The notes under the pieces: model-generated
Told to the model about the DNA's origin: nothing
What the model saw: the letters and a program-made list of their open reading frames with translations, nothing else
Database searches by the model: none
Part shown: positions 39,733-49,544 of the stretch, piece by piece
Layout: each line of letters starts with the position of its first letter
Position numbering within the stretch: the stretch's first letter is position 1
Program-made: the position numbers and the translations under genes
Origin: an uncultured Methylomirabilota bacterium
GTDB taxonomy: Bacteria; Methylomirabilota; Methylomirabilia; Methylomirabilales; 2-02-FULL-66-22
Reading direction: 5' to 3'
Assembly (NCBI GenBank): GCA_963845565.1
Contig: CAWJSJ010000005.1
Location: 704,001-768,000, forward strand
DNA length: 64,000 nt

Positions 39733-41134
39733 TCGCACCCGGATTGCTCCTGAAGCGCGCGGTGCCCTTCGCGATCGCGATCGGCATCTGGTTCGCCCCG
39801 GTTCCGGCCGGCCTCACGGCGCCGGCGTGGCACCTGTTCGCGGTCTTCGTCGCCGCCATCGCGTCGGTGCTCATCGGCGCGTTCCCGCTGCTCACGGCCT
39901 CGATGCTCGCCGTGGGAGCCGTCGTCCTCACCGGGACGATCACGCCGGCACAGGCGTTCTCGGGGTTCGCCAATGCGAGCGTGCTGCTCGTGGTGGTCGC
40001 GTTCATCGTCGCGCAGGCGGTGGTGAAGTCGGGGCTCGGCCGGCGGATCAGCCTCTTCATGGTGAGCCGCTTCGGCGGCTCCTCGCTCGGTCTCGCCTAC
40101 AGCATCGTGCTCACCGACGCGGCCATCGCGCCGGCGTTCCCCAGCAACACGGCGCGCGGCGGCGTGCTCTTCCCGATCGTGCTGTCCGTGGCCAAGGGGG
40201 CGGGCTCCAAGCCCGACGACCCCGAGGGGCGGCGGCTCGGCGGCTATCTCATGTTCTGCGCGATGGCGAGCCTCGCGGTCTCCTCCGCCCTCTGGATGAC
40301 GGCCACCTCCTGCAACCCGATCGGCGTGCAGATCGCGCAGAAAGCCGGGCTCGAGATCGGCTTCGGCAAGCTGGTTCCTCGCCTCCTCGGTGCCCTCGCT
40401 CCTCGCGATCGCGATGTTGCCCCTGCTCGTCGCGAAGCTCTTCCCGCCCCGCGTCGGCGCGACGCCCGACGCGCCCGCGGCGGCCCGCAAGGACCTCGCC
40501 GGCATGGGGCCGATGTCGCGCGACGAGTGGATCACGGCAGTGACCTTCGCGGTGATGGTCGCCGGCTGGGTGTTCGGCAGTGCGCTGAATCTCAACGGGA
40601 CCAGCGTCGCGTTCATGGGATTCGGCGTGCTGCTGGTGGCCGGCGTGCTCACGCTCGACGACATCTCCAAGCAGGGCGACACGCTGGCGACCTTCCTCTG
40701 GCTCGCGGTCCTGTTCGCCCTGAGCGGCGCAGCTGAACGAACTCGGCTTCATGGGCTACGTGGGCGAGCGCCTGGCCTCGCGCCTGGGCGGCCTGTCGTG
40801 GCCGGCCCTGTACGTGACCCTGATCGTCCTCTACGTCGGCATCCACTACCTGTTCGTGAGCCAGACCTCGCAGGTGCTGGCGCTGTTCGGCGTCTTCCTC
40901 GATGTCGGCATGCGCGGCGGGGTGCCCGTGCCGCTGATGGCCTTCGGCCTGCTCTTCGCGAGCAGCTACTTCTCGGTGATCACCCCGCAGGGCGGAAGCC
41001 AGAACATCATCTTCGTGGCGAGCGGCTATCTCACGCAGGGCGAGCTCTACAAGCTGGGGCTCTTCACCACCCTCGCCTTCCTGGCGGTGTACCTGCTGAT
41101 CGGGTCGCCGTGGGTGTACTTCGTCATGGGTTGA
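39729..41134 (+). CDS. DASS-family anion transporter (CitT / 2-oxoglutarate-malate translocator-like); frameshifts near 40370 and 40730
   Basis: VVKSGLGRRI, PSNTARGG and IHYLFVSQT motifs; many TM helices. Confidence 0.85.
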
Positions 41135-41231
41135 CGACTGCCGCCGCTTGAGCGCGCTGTCGAGAATGGCCGTGCTCGCCGAGACGGCAAGTGTTGCAGC
41201 CGGACAGTCTGATTCTCAGAGGAGGTGAACC

Positions 41232-42924
41232 GTGGATTTCTTCGTGCAGGCGCTGCGAGAGAATCCGGAACTCGCCGTCTTCCTGACCCTTGCCGTCGGG
41301 TTCTTCGTCGGCCGCCTCAAGATTGGGAGCTTCAGCCTCGGGAACGGTGGTCGGGACGCTGCTGGCGGGGGTCGTGATCGGGCAGTTGAACATCAAGGTT
41401 CCCTCCACCGTGAAGTCGGTCTTCTTCTTGCTCTTCCTCTTCACCACCGGATACAAGGTCGGGCCGCAGTTCTTCCGCGGACTCAAACGCGACGCCATTC
41501 CACAAGTGGCGCTCACCGTCGTCCTGTGCGTCACGTGTCTGCTCACGGCGTTCGGATTCGCGAAGCTCCTCGGATACGACATCGGAACGGCGGCGGGCCT
41601 GCTGGCGGGCGCGTTCTCGGAGTCCACGGTGATTGGAACTGCGGGCGACGCAATCCAGCGCCTGGGGATTTCGAGCGCCGAGAAGACGGCGCTCATGAAC
41701 AATATACCCGTGGCCTATGCGGTGACGTATCTCATCGGGGCCGCCGCCGTGGTCTGGTTTCTCCCCACGATCGGTCCAAAGCTGATGGGGATCAATCTGC
41801 GGGAAGAGGGGGCACGGCAGCAGGCCGAGATCGCGGGCTCGGCGGAGCTGGGGCTCGGCGTCATGTCGGCCGCCCGGCACTTCGATATCCGCGCCTACCG
41901 TGTGACCAATCCGAGTCTCGTGAACAAGACAGTGGGGGAACTAGAGGCGCTGCCCAAGGACACCCGGGTCTTCGTCGTCCGGATCCGTCGCGGAGGAGAA
42001 ATCGTCGAGGCCACGCCCACCTCGGCCATCCGCCAGGACGACGTGGTTGCGATAGCCGCCAAGCAAGAGATTCACGTGGAGCGCGGGACCAAGATCGGTC
42101 CCGAGGTGGACGACAAAGCCCTGCTCGACATTCCGGTCGAGACGCTGGACGTGGTGGAAACGCAACGCGCCTTCATCGGGAAGAGTCTCGCGGAGTTGGC
42201 GCAGCTCGAGTCCGCCCGTGGGGTGTTCCTGCGAAAGCTCATCCGGGGCGGGCAGGAGATTCCCGTGTCCGCAGGAACGCGCATCGATCGGGGGGACGTC
42301 CTGCGTTTGATCGGCCCGAAGCCCGAGGTCGAGCGGGCGGTGAAGGAGCTGGGGTATCCGGATCGCCCCACCACGGCGACGGACATGATCTTCGTCGGGA
42401 CCGGCATCGTGCTGGGAGGGCTCGTCGGCCTGCTCTCGGTCACCGTCGGCGGCATACCGTTGACCCTCACCGCCAGCGGCGGCGCCCTGATCATGGGGCT
42501 GGTCTTCGGCTGGCTGCGATCGGTGTATCCGTTCTTCGGCCGCATCCCCGAGCCGGCGATCTGGATCTTCGACACCGTCGGATTGTGCGTCTTCATCGGC
42601 GTGGTCGGCCTGAGCGCGGGTCCGAGCTTCATTTCCGGCCTGCAGACGACCGGCATCAGCCTGGTCTTCGTGGGTCTGGTGTCGGCCTTGCTGCCGCACT
42701 TTGTGGCGATCCTGTTTGGCCGCTATGTGCTGCGGATGAACCCGCTCATCCTCCTCGGCGCCTGCGCCGGGGCCGGGACGATGACGGCGGCCCTTCGCGC
42801 GGTCCAGGACGAGGCCCGGAGCAGCATTCCGGCGCTGGGCTACACCGTGCCCTATGCCGTCGGGAACATCCTGCTGACGGCGTGGGGGCCGGTTATCGTG
42901 GCGATGATGTCGATCGGGAAGTGA
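41232..42924 (+). CDS. aspT: AspT/YidE-family antiporter, copy 3; frameshift near 41340
   Basis: GYKVGPQFF, AGAFSESTVIGTA, PVAYAVTY, GACAGA and LGYTVPYAVGN motifs; two TrkA-C domains. Confidence 0.85.
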
Positions 42925-42928
42925 GCCA

Positions 42929-43053
42929 CAGGCTGCTGAAAAAGGTCCATCTGCGGCGTTGGTTCGCTTGGTCGCTCGTTGCGGCGTACCTGGAGTACGC
43001 CTCACTCGGCCCTTCGCGAACCGCCTTGCATCTGGACCTTTTTGAGCAGCCTG
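42929..43053 (+). mobile_element. 125-bp MITE (CAGGCTGCTGAAAAAGG...CCTTTTTGAGCAGCCTG), copy A
   Basis: About 20-bp imperfect terminal inverted repeats and an internal GGCGTAC..GTACGCC hairpin; homologous to the 47709 and 47941 copies. Confidence 0.85.
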
Positions 43054-43099
43054 AGTGAAGGGTGAGTCCCTTAACATCGTGCTGCTAAGGAGGTATGCC

Positions 43100-43474
43100 A
43101 TGCGAGTGTGGATGATGTTGGGTATCGGGGCGCTGTGGCTCATTTCCGCAGTGGTTCCGAGCGGCGCGTCGGGCGCGACCATTGACGACGTAAGGAAGGA
43201 AATGGCGGACAACCCCTCGCCTTATTGGGGGACACGGCTCTTGATGTTCGTCCCGATGGAGCCGAGTGGCGTGTCCGGTCATATGCTCATGCCCATGAAC
43301 GAACTCTGTGCGTCCGGCGGCAAGCTCCGCCCGATCAGTGACGGCGCGACGGGCGCCGACATGGGCCCGGTCCCGCCAGGCAACGAGTACACGGTTCAGA
43401 TCTTCATGCGCGACGGTGGGGGGTATGACATCTGGAAGTATTCGCGGAAGGTAACCGTGCCCGACTGCAAGTAG
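43100..43474 (+). CDS. Small secreted hypothetical protein (Met-rich, two Cys)
   Basis: AAGGAGG RBS, signal peptide, ends VPDCK. Confidence 0.65.
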   Translation: MRVWMMLGIGALWLISAVVPSGASGATIDDVRKEMADNPSPYWGTRLLMFVPMEPSGVSGHMLMPMNELCASGGKLRPISDGATGADMGPVPPGNEYTVQIFMRDGGGYDIWKYSRKVTVPDCK

Positions 43475-43503
43475 CGTGCGGATGTTCGGGCGATGCGCAC
43501 GGC

Positions 43504-43689
43504 ATGGACGTGTGTCGCAGTGGGGATCAACTGCGCGCTACAACCGGGGATGGGACGGCGCTGGAGACGCCCGCGGCTGGCCACGGGTCCACCTACACGA
43601 TCCAGGTCGGCAGGATCGTGGGCGACGCTGAGACCAGCAAGTTCCGAGCGCTCTTTGTCAAGTCGTTCGAGGTTCCTCCCTGCAGGTGA
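43504..43689 (+). pseudogene. Paralogous C-terminal domain of the preceding gene (short ORF or relic)
   Basis: Shares the pattern CxSGxxLR...GxxYT[IV]Q...VPxC[RK]-stop with 43100..43474. Confidence 0.5.
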
Positions 43690-43756
43690 ACATCCCAACG
43701 GGCGCGGTTCTCACACACACGAACTCGGACCGGACGGGCCCCAAGGAGGAGGTTAA

Positions 43757-44158
43757 ATGCACCCCAGGATTGCCGTGACCGGCAGCGTCGCGATCCTCCT
43801 GACGTCAATGGCGCTGGCCCTTCTGGTGTGTCTGCCCGACCCTGCCTGGGCCGATGAGATGTGCCAGGGAAGCCGCCCCATGGATCCCCGGAATTCGGAC
43901 CTGGACGTCCTGGAGATCAATGTCGGCCCGCAAGGGATCACCGGCAGGATCACGAACACGAGCGGCAGGACAGCGGTGGGGGTGATGGTCTGGGTAAATT
44001 ACTTCCGCAGTGCCCGTGGAGGTCTGTTCGATCGGCAGTGCATGCCGATAGGCGATATGGCGCCCGGCGAGGAGCGTTCCTTCCAGGGCCCGCCGTCGAC
44101 AGGGGCCGCCGACGCCGATTCATGGAAACACGCGGCGGAGGCCCTCGACTGGAGGTAG
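43757..44158 (+). CDS. Secreted FxLYD-like domain protein
   Basis: AAGGAGGAGG RBS, signal peptide, ITGRITNTSG..V.V.VNYF and MAPGEERSF motifs. Confidence 0.6.
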   Translation: MHPRIAVTGSVAILLTSMALALLVCLPDPAWADEMCQGSRPMDPRNSDLDVLEINVGPQGITGRITNTSGRTAVGVMVWVNYFRSARGGLFDRQCMPIGDMAPGEERSFQGPPSTGAADADSWKHAAEALDWR

Positions 44159-44264
44159 GGACCGGTGGTGGCGAACCGCTGAACGAGGGTGATAGACGAA
44201 ACCCAAAAGAGGCTGTCATTCTCACAAACGCCGCAGCTCGTCTTTCCCTTGAAAGGAGTGTGTC

Positions 44265-44862
44265 ATGAAGGGATTCGCAACGGTCGGCCTGGCGGTCCTC
44301 TCGATCGCGCTTGTGGTCTCAACACTCGCCTGGGCTGGCGAATCGAAGGAGGATAAGGAAAAGCAGGCGAAGGCGAACAAGGAGCGCCAGGAAATCCGCA
44401 AGACGGCGCAGGACATCCTCGCCCGGCTCTACAAGGCGCAGCCCAGCGCCAAGGCCGCCATCGGGAAGGCGGCGGGCTACGCGGTCTTCAGCAACTTCGG
44501 GATGAAGATCCTCGTGGCGGGCAGCGGGACGGGGAAGGGCGTTGCTGTGGACAACAAGACCAAGAAGGAAACGTTCATGAAGATGGTCGAGCTCCAGGCC
44601 GGCCTCGGGCTTCGGGGTCAAGAAGTTCAGCCTGGTCTGGGTCTTCGAGACGCCTGAGACACTCGCGACGTTCGTCAACTCCGGCTGGGAGCTGGGTGGC
44701 CAGACGAGCGTGGCCGCCAAGGCCGGCGAGACGGGTGCCGCGCTCCAGGGCGCCCTCCCCGTCTCGCCGGGTGTCTGGGTCTATCAGCTCACCGAAACCG
44801 GCTTGGCCCTGGAGCTCACGGCCAAAGGGACGAAGTACTATAAGAACGACGATCTGAACTGA
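44265..44862 (+). CDS. Secreted YSC84/SYLF-like protein; frameshift near 44608
   Basis: AAGYAVFS, GSGTGKGVAVD, then the second frame LVWVFET...GVWVYQLTETGLALELTAKGTKYYK. Confidence 0.75.
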
Positions 44863-44866
44863 TCGC

Positions 44867-44972
44867 CAGGCTGCTGAAAAAGGCCCGTCGATTGACAAAT
44901 TCGAATATTCGAATTTCGAAGTTCGAAATTGAGGGACGACCGCCTTGCATTCGGACCTATTTGAGCCGCCTG
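44867..44972 (+). mobile_element. MITE variant whose interior is replaced by TTCGAA-type heptamer repeats (copy D)
   Basis: Same ends as copy A; interior aaattcgaatattcgaatttcgaagttcgaaatt at 44897-44930. Confidence 0.7.
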
Positions 44973-44991
44973 CGAAAGGGAGGCTTGCTGA

Positions 44992-46519
44992 ATGTCGCTG
45001 CCTGACCACAAAACGAAGATCGTCGCCACCATCGGCCCGGCCTCGGAATCCCCGGAGATGCTGGAGCGCCTGATCCGCGCGGGGATGAACGTGGCACGAC
45101 TCAATTTCTCCCACGGCGACTTTAGCGGGCACGGCGAGCGGATCGGGCGCATTCGCGCCGCCGCCCGGGCTACCGGGCAGCGCGTGGCCATCATGGCGGA
45201 CCTTCCCGGCCCCAAGATGCGCATCGGGAAGCTCGAGCCGGAGCCCATCGCGCTTCTCCCTGGCGACCGGTATCGCCTTGACCACAGAGGAGATCGTCGG
45301 CACCGCACGGCGGGTCTCCATGAGCTTCGACCGCCTCCCCCAGGTCGTGAAGCCGGGGGACCGGCTGTTCCTGAACGACGGATTGGTGCAGTTGACGGTC
45401 GAGCGGGTGACGGGGACCGATGTGGAGTGCGTCGTGGCGGTGGGCGGCGAGCTCCGGTCGCGGAAAGGCCTCAATATCCCGGGCATCGACCTGGGCATCA
45501 GCGCCTTCACCGAGCACGACCGCGCCTGTCTCGAGTTCGCGCTGCAGCAGGGCGTTGACGCCGTGAGCCAGTCGTTCGTCGAGAGGGCGGCGGACATCGA
45601 GGCGGTGCGGGCCGCCGCCGTCAGGTGCGGCAGGCAGCCATTCCTCATCGCCAAGATCGAGCGCGCCGGAGCATTGCAGCACCTCGATGAGATCCTGAAG
45701 GCGTCCGATGGCATCATGGTGGCGCGCGGCGATCTCGGTGTGGAGGTGCCGATCCAGGAAATGGCCCTGATTCAGAAAGATCTCATCGCGCGGGCCAATC
45801 TGGCAGGCAAGCCCGTCATCACCGCGACGCAGATGCTCGAATCCATGGTCGCCAGCCGGCTGCCGACACGGGCCGAGTCGACCGATGTCGCCAACGCCAT
45901 CCTCGACGGCACCGACTGCATCATGCTGTCCGGCGAGTCGGCCATGGGGCAGTACCCCGAAGAGGCCGTGGCCATGCTGGCCAGCATCGCGGCGGCCACC
46001 GAGGCCCGCCGCCCGCCGGCCCGTCTGCACGACCTGCGGGCACTCTGTCTCGACCGGGCACCCACAACGGCGGCCGAGGCGATTGCCTCGGTCGTAGAGC
46101 ACGCGCTGGATACCGTGCCCTGCGCGGCGCTGTTCGTGCCGACCCGCACCGGGACCACCGCACGGATGATTTCGCGCTTCAAACCCGGGGTGTGGGTCAC
46201 ATCTGTCAGCCGAGATCCCGCCGTCGGGCAGGGCTTGGCATTCTCTTACGGGGTGCTCCCCGTGGATATGGCGGATGAGCCGGACGATTGGCGGGGCTTT
46301 GCCCGGGGTTGGATGCGCGAGCAGCAGATCTCCGGCAATATCGCCATGCTCGTGGCCGGCCCGTCCACGCGCAACCCGGACGCGAACCACCGCATCGAAT
46401 TCATGCGCATTGGAGGACAGTCGGAGAGGAAGATGACGCCGGACCCAGCACATGACGCAGCGACCTGGAGCGCGGCCATAGCTTTCCGCTGGGCGCTACC
46501 CTCTGTCGCGGCGGCGTGA
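44992..46519 (+). CDS. pyk: Pyruvate kinase; frameshift near 45272
   Basis: KTKIVATIGPAS, ARLNFSHG, DLPGPK, AKIE, MVARGDLGVE, TATQMLESM, PTRAE and MLSGESA motifs. Confidence 0.93.
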
Positions 46520-46560
46520 ACTTCAGCCTGTTCTCCCGCTCCGCGTCGCGCGTGGAGCTG
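46474..46560 (+). pseudogene. N-terminal relic of the glycogen debranching enzyme GlgX
   Basis: An alternate frame reads GHSFPLGATLCRGGVNFSLFSRSASRVEL, the typical GlgX/isoamylase start. Confidence 0.7.
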
Positions 46561-46601
46561 ACCGTTTGTGAAGCCGTAAACGATTCGCGCAGGGGGGCCC
46601 T

Positions 46602-47708
46602 ATGAGTACCGATATCAAACGCATTGCCATCAACACCGGGGGCGGAGACGCTCCAGGGCTGAACGCCGTGATCCACGCCGCCGTCTATGCCGCGCGGGCG
46701 ATCGGCTGGGAGGTCTTCGGAATCCGCGAGGGATATGACGGCCTCCTGGATCCCCAGAATTATCCTGAGGGCGGGCTCGTCCCGCTCACGCGCGCGACGG
46801 TCCGTAACATCGCCCACCTCGGCGGGACCATCCTCGGCACGACGAACCGGGGGAACCCCTTCAAGCACGTCGTCACGCAGCCCGACGGCACGCGTCGCGA
46901 GGTGGACCGGTCCACCGCCGTTCTGGAGGCTTTCCGAACACACCAACTCGACGCGCTCATCGCCGTGGGCGGCGACGGGTCGCTCACCATCGCGAACCAG
47001 TTGTTCGAACAGGGTCTGCGCGTGGTGGGTGTCCCCAAGACCATCGATAACGACCTGGAATCCACGCTCGTTACCTTCGGACTCGACAGCGCCGTCTCGT
47101 TCGCCACGGAGTGTATCGACCGTCTGCATGCGACGGCGCAGGCGCACCGCCGGGTTATCGTGGTAGAGGTGATGGGTCGATACGCCGGCTGGATTGCCCT
47201 CAATTGCGGCATTGCCGGGCGATCGGACGCGATCCTGATCCCGGAGATCCCTTACGACATCGGGAAAGTGGCGGCTCACCTCAAGCGGAAGACGGAAGGA
47301 CGGCGGTCCTACGCCATCGTCGTGGTGGCAGAAGGCGCGAAGCCGATCGGCGGGGACGTCACCGTGAAGGCGCGCGAGGCGGGGCGCGCTGAACGCCTGG
47401 GCGGCATCGGCGAGCGGGTCGCCGAGCAATTGCAGGAACTGACCGGGATGGAGAGCCGCGCCGTGGTGCTGGGCCACCTGCTCCGTGGCGGCTCGCCCAC
47501 GTCCATGGACCGAAACCTGGGCCTCATGTTCGGCGCCGCCGCGGTGCGGGCGCTGGCGGAGGGCCAGAGCGGCGTGATGGTCGCGCTGAATCCACCGCGC
47601 ATCGACTATGTGCCGCTGAAGCAGGCGGTGGCGAAGATGAAGACCGTGCCACTTAATTCGAACGGCATCATTACCGCGCGGGCGCTGGAGATCTCATTCG
47701 GCGATTGA
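46602..47708 (+). CDS. pfkA: 6-phosphofructokinase (group III-like; GGDGS suggests ATP-dependent)
   Basis: TGGGDAPGLN, GGTILGT, GGDGS, PKTIDND, EVMGR and LGHLLRGG motifs. Confidence 0.93.
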   Translation: MSTDIKRIAINTGGGDAPGLNAVIHAAVYAARAIGWEVFGIREGYDGLLDPQNYPEGGLVPLTRATVRNIAHLGGTILGTTNRGNPFKHVVTQPDGTRREVDRSTAVLEAFRTHQLDALIAVGGDGSLTIANQLFEQGLRVVGVPKTIDNDLESTLVTFGLDSAVSFATECIDRLHATAQAHRRVIVVEVMGRYAGWIALNCGIAGRSDAILIPEIPYDIGKVAAHLKRKTEGRRSYAIVVVAEGAKPIGGDVTVKAREAGRAERLGGIGERVAEQLQELTGMESRAVVLGHLLRGGSPTSMDRNLGLMFGAAAVRALAEGQSGVMVALNPPRIDYVPLKQAVAKMKTVPLNSNGIITARALEISFGD

Positions 47709-47833
47709 CAGGCTGCTGAAAAAGGCTCATCTGCTGCGTTGTCGCGCTTTGCCACTCGCTGCAGCGTACCTCCAGTACGCTTCGCTCGGGCTTCAGCGCG
47801 CCGCCTTGCATCTGAACCTTTTTGAGCAGCCTG
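47709..47833 (+). mobile_element. 125-bp MITE, copy B
   Basis: CAGGCTGCTGAAAAAGG...CCTTTTTGAGCAGCCTG immediately after the pfk stop codon. Confidence 0.85.
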
Positions 47834-47940
47834 GGTAAATGTGAATATTTCGGTATCTGTCCCTGCCGAAACAGGGAGACGTGATCGAACTGTAGCGTTA
47901 TCCGTCAATTGGACACGATGCCAAGAATGCGTTCTTAACC

Positions 47941-48066
47941 CAGGCTGATCAAGAAGGTCCAAATGCAAGGCGGCGAGCGATCCGAGGCGCGAGGCGTACT
48001 TGGTCCGTACGCCGCAGCGTCGCGGGAGTGAGCCAACGCCGCAGATGGGCCTTTTTCAGCAGCCTG
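47941..48066 (-). mobile_element. 126-bp MITE, copy C (inverted relative to copy B)
   Basis: Reverse complement matches copies A and B; its end abuts the ppk2 RBS. Confidence 0.85.
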
Positions 48067-48079
48067 AAGGAGGACTGCC

Positions 48080-48985
48080 ATGGACCTCGACATGTTCGTC
48101 AAGAAGGCGCGGGAGTTCTCGAAGCCGTTCCGCGTGACCAAAGGCGAACCGTTCCGACTCAAGGCCGTGGACCCAGGTGATACCCTCGGCTTGAAGTCGG
48201 AGGACAAGCCGCGCGCGAAGGAAGCCCTCGCCACCGGGGTCGAGGCGCTGGCCCACCTGCAGGACATGCTGTACGCCCAGGACCACTGGGCGGTCCTGTT
48301 GATCTTCCAGGCGATGGACGCCGCGGGAAAAGACGGCGCCATCAAACACGTCATGTCGGGCATCAACCCGCAGGGCTGCCAGGTCTTCTCGTTCAAGGCG
48401 CCCACCAGCGAGGATCTCGACCACGACTTTCTCTGGCGCTGCATGAAGTGCCTTCCCGAGCGCGGCCGCATCGGGATCTTCAACCGCAGCTACTACGAGG
48501 AGACGCTGGTGGTCCGGGTCCACCCGGAGTTCCTGGAGAAGCAGCACCTGCCGCCCGCCCTGGTTACCAAAGGCATCTGGAAAGAACGCTTCCAGGACAT
48601 TCGCAGCTTCGAACGGTACCTGTCGCGCAACGGTGTGGCCATCCGCAAGTTCTTCCTCCACGTCTCGAAGAAGGAGCAGAAGCGGCGATTCCTGGAGCGC
48701 CTCGACACCCCGGAGAAAAACTGGAAGTTCTCGGGGAGCGACATCCAGGAGCGTGGCCACTGGGATGCGTACATGGCGGCCTACGAGGACATGATCCGGA
48801 ACACCGCCACAAAGGAGGCGCCCTGGTACGTCGTGCCCGCCGACAACAAGTGGTTCACGCGTGTCGTTGTTGCCGCCGCAATCATCGACGCGCTGGCCTC
48901 GCTGGACGTCAAGTATCCCAAGGTCGGCCCGGAGAAGCTCAAGGAGTTGGCCGCCGCCAAGCGGGCGTTGATGCACGAGAGGTAG
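48080..48985 (+). CDS. ppk2: Polyphosphate kinase 2 family (class III-like) phosphotransferase
   Basis: QAMDAAGKDG Walker A, FNRSYYE, KFFLHVSK.EQ and PWYVVPADNKW motifs. Confidence 0.93.
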   Translation: MDLDMFVKKAREFSKPFRVTKGEPFRLKAVDPGDTLGLKSEDKPRAKEALATGVEALAHLQDMLYAQDHWAVLLIFQAMDAAGKDGAIKHVMSGINPQGCQVFSFKAPTSEDLDHDFLWRCMKCLPERGRIGIFNRSYYEETLVVRVHPEFLEKQHLPPALVTKGIWKERFQDIRSFERYLSRNGVAIRKFFLHVSKKEQKRRFLERLDTPEKNWKFSGSDIQERGHWDAYMAAYEDMIRNTATKEAPWYVVPADNKWFTRVVVAAAIIDALASLDVKYPKVGPEKLKELAAAKRALMHER

Positions 48986-49007
48986 GTTCACCCAGGGAGA
49001 ATGACGA

Positions 49008-49379
49008 ATGGGAAGTCGTCGTACCGCGTGCCGCTGGAAAGTGAGTTCCGCCTGGGTAGGCGGAAAGAGTTGGCGGGGGACCTTGGCGGTGTTCCTGGGA
49101 CTCTCCATGGCCGGGTGCGTGCAATTGGTGGTCGAGCAACCCTGGGACCCGCAGGGGCGCTACGTGTGTGAGGACGGGAAGGCGTTCACCGTCGAGCTCT
49201 CGCAGGATGGCGCATCCGCAATCGTGACGCATGAGAACCGGCGGGTCACGCTGCCTGTGACCGGCGGGGCGACGGATGGCAAGTACAGCGACGGGCGGAC
49301 CACCCTGTACCTCGATGGTCCCCGGGGGTTGCTGGATGTCGGTGGGCAGATCCTGGGGCGTGGCTGCGTGAAGAGGTAG
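49008..49379 (+). CDS. MliC/PliC-like lipoprotein
   Basis: Lipobox MAGC, YVC, GKYSDG, terminal Cys. Confidence 0.6.
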   Translation: MGSRRTACRWKVSSAWVGGKSWRGTLAVFLGLSMAGCVQLVVEQPWDPQGRYVCEDGKAFTVELSQDGASAIVTHENRRVTLPVTGGATDGKYSDGRTTLYLDGPRGLLDVGGQILGRGCVKR

Positions 49380-49399
49380 GCCGGAGGCGGCCCGCCTCG

Positions 49400-49439
49400 G
49401 GGCGCGCCGCCTTATATCTGGACCTTCTTGAGCCGCCTG
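49400..49439 (+). mobile_element. Partial MITE right end (copy E)
   Basis: gcgcgccgccttatatctggaccttcttgagccgcctg matches the 3' part of copies A, B and D. Confidence 0.6.
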
Positions 49440-49544
49440 GGACGAAGCGAGTGCTAGGCGGCGGGATCTTGTCGGGTTATAATCCGAGGGTTTAGGTCTT
49501 CTGGAGTGCCGTACTCATGGGAAGTGTCCCAGGAGGAGAGTGAG

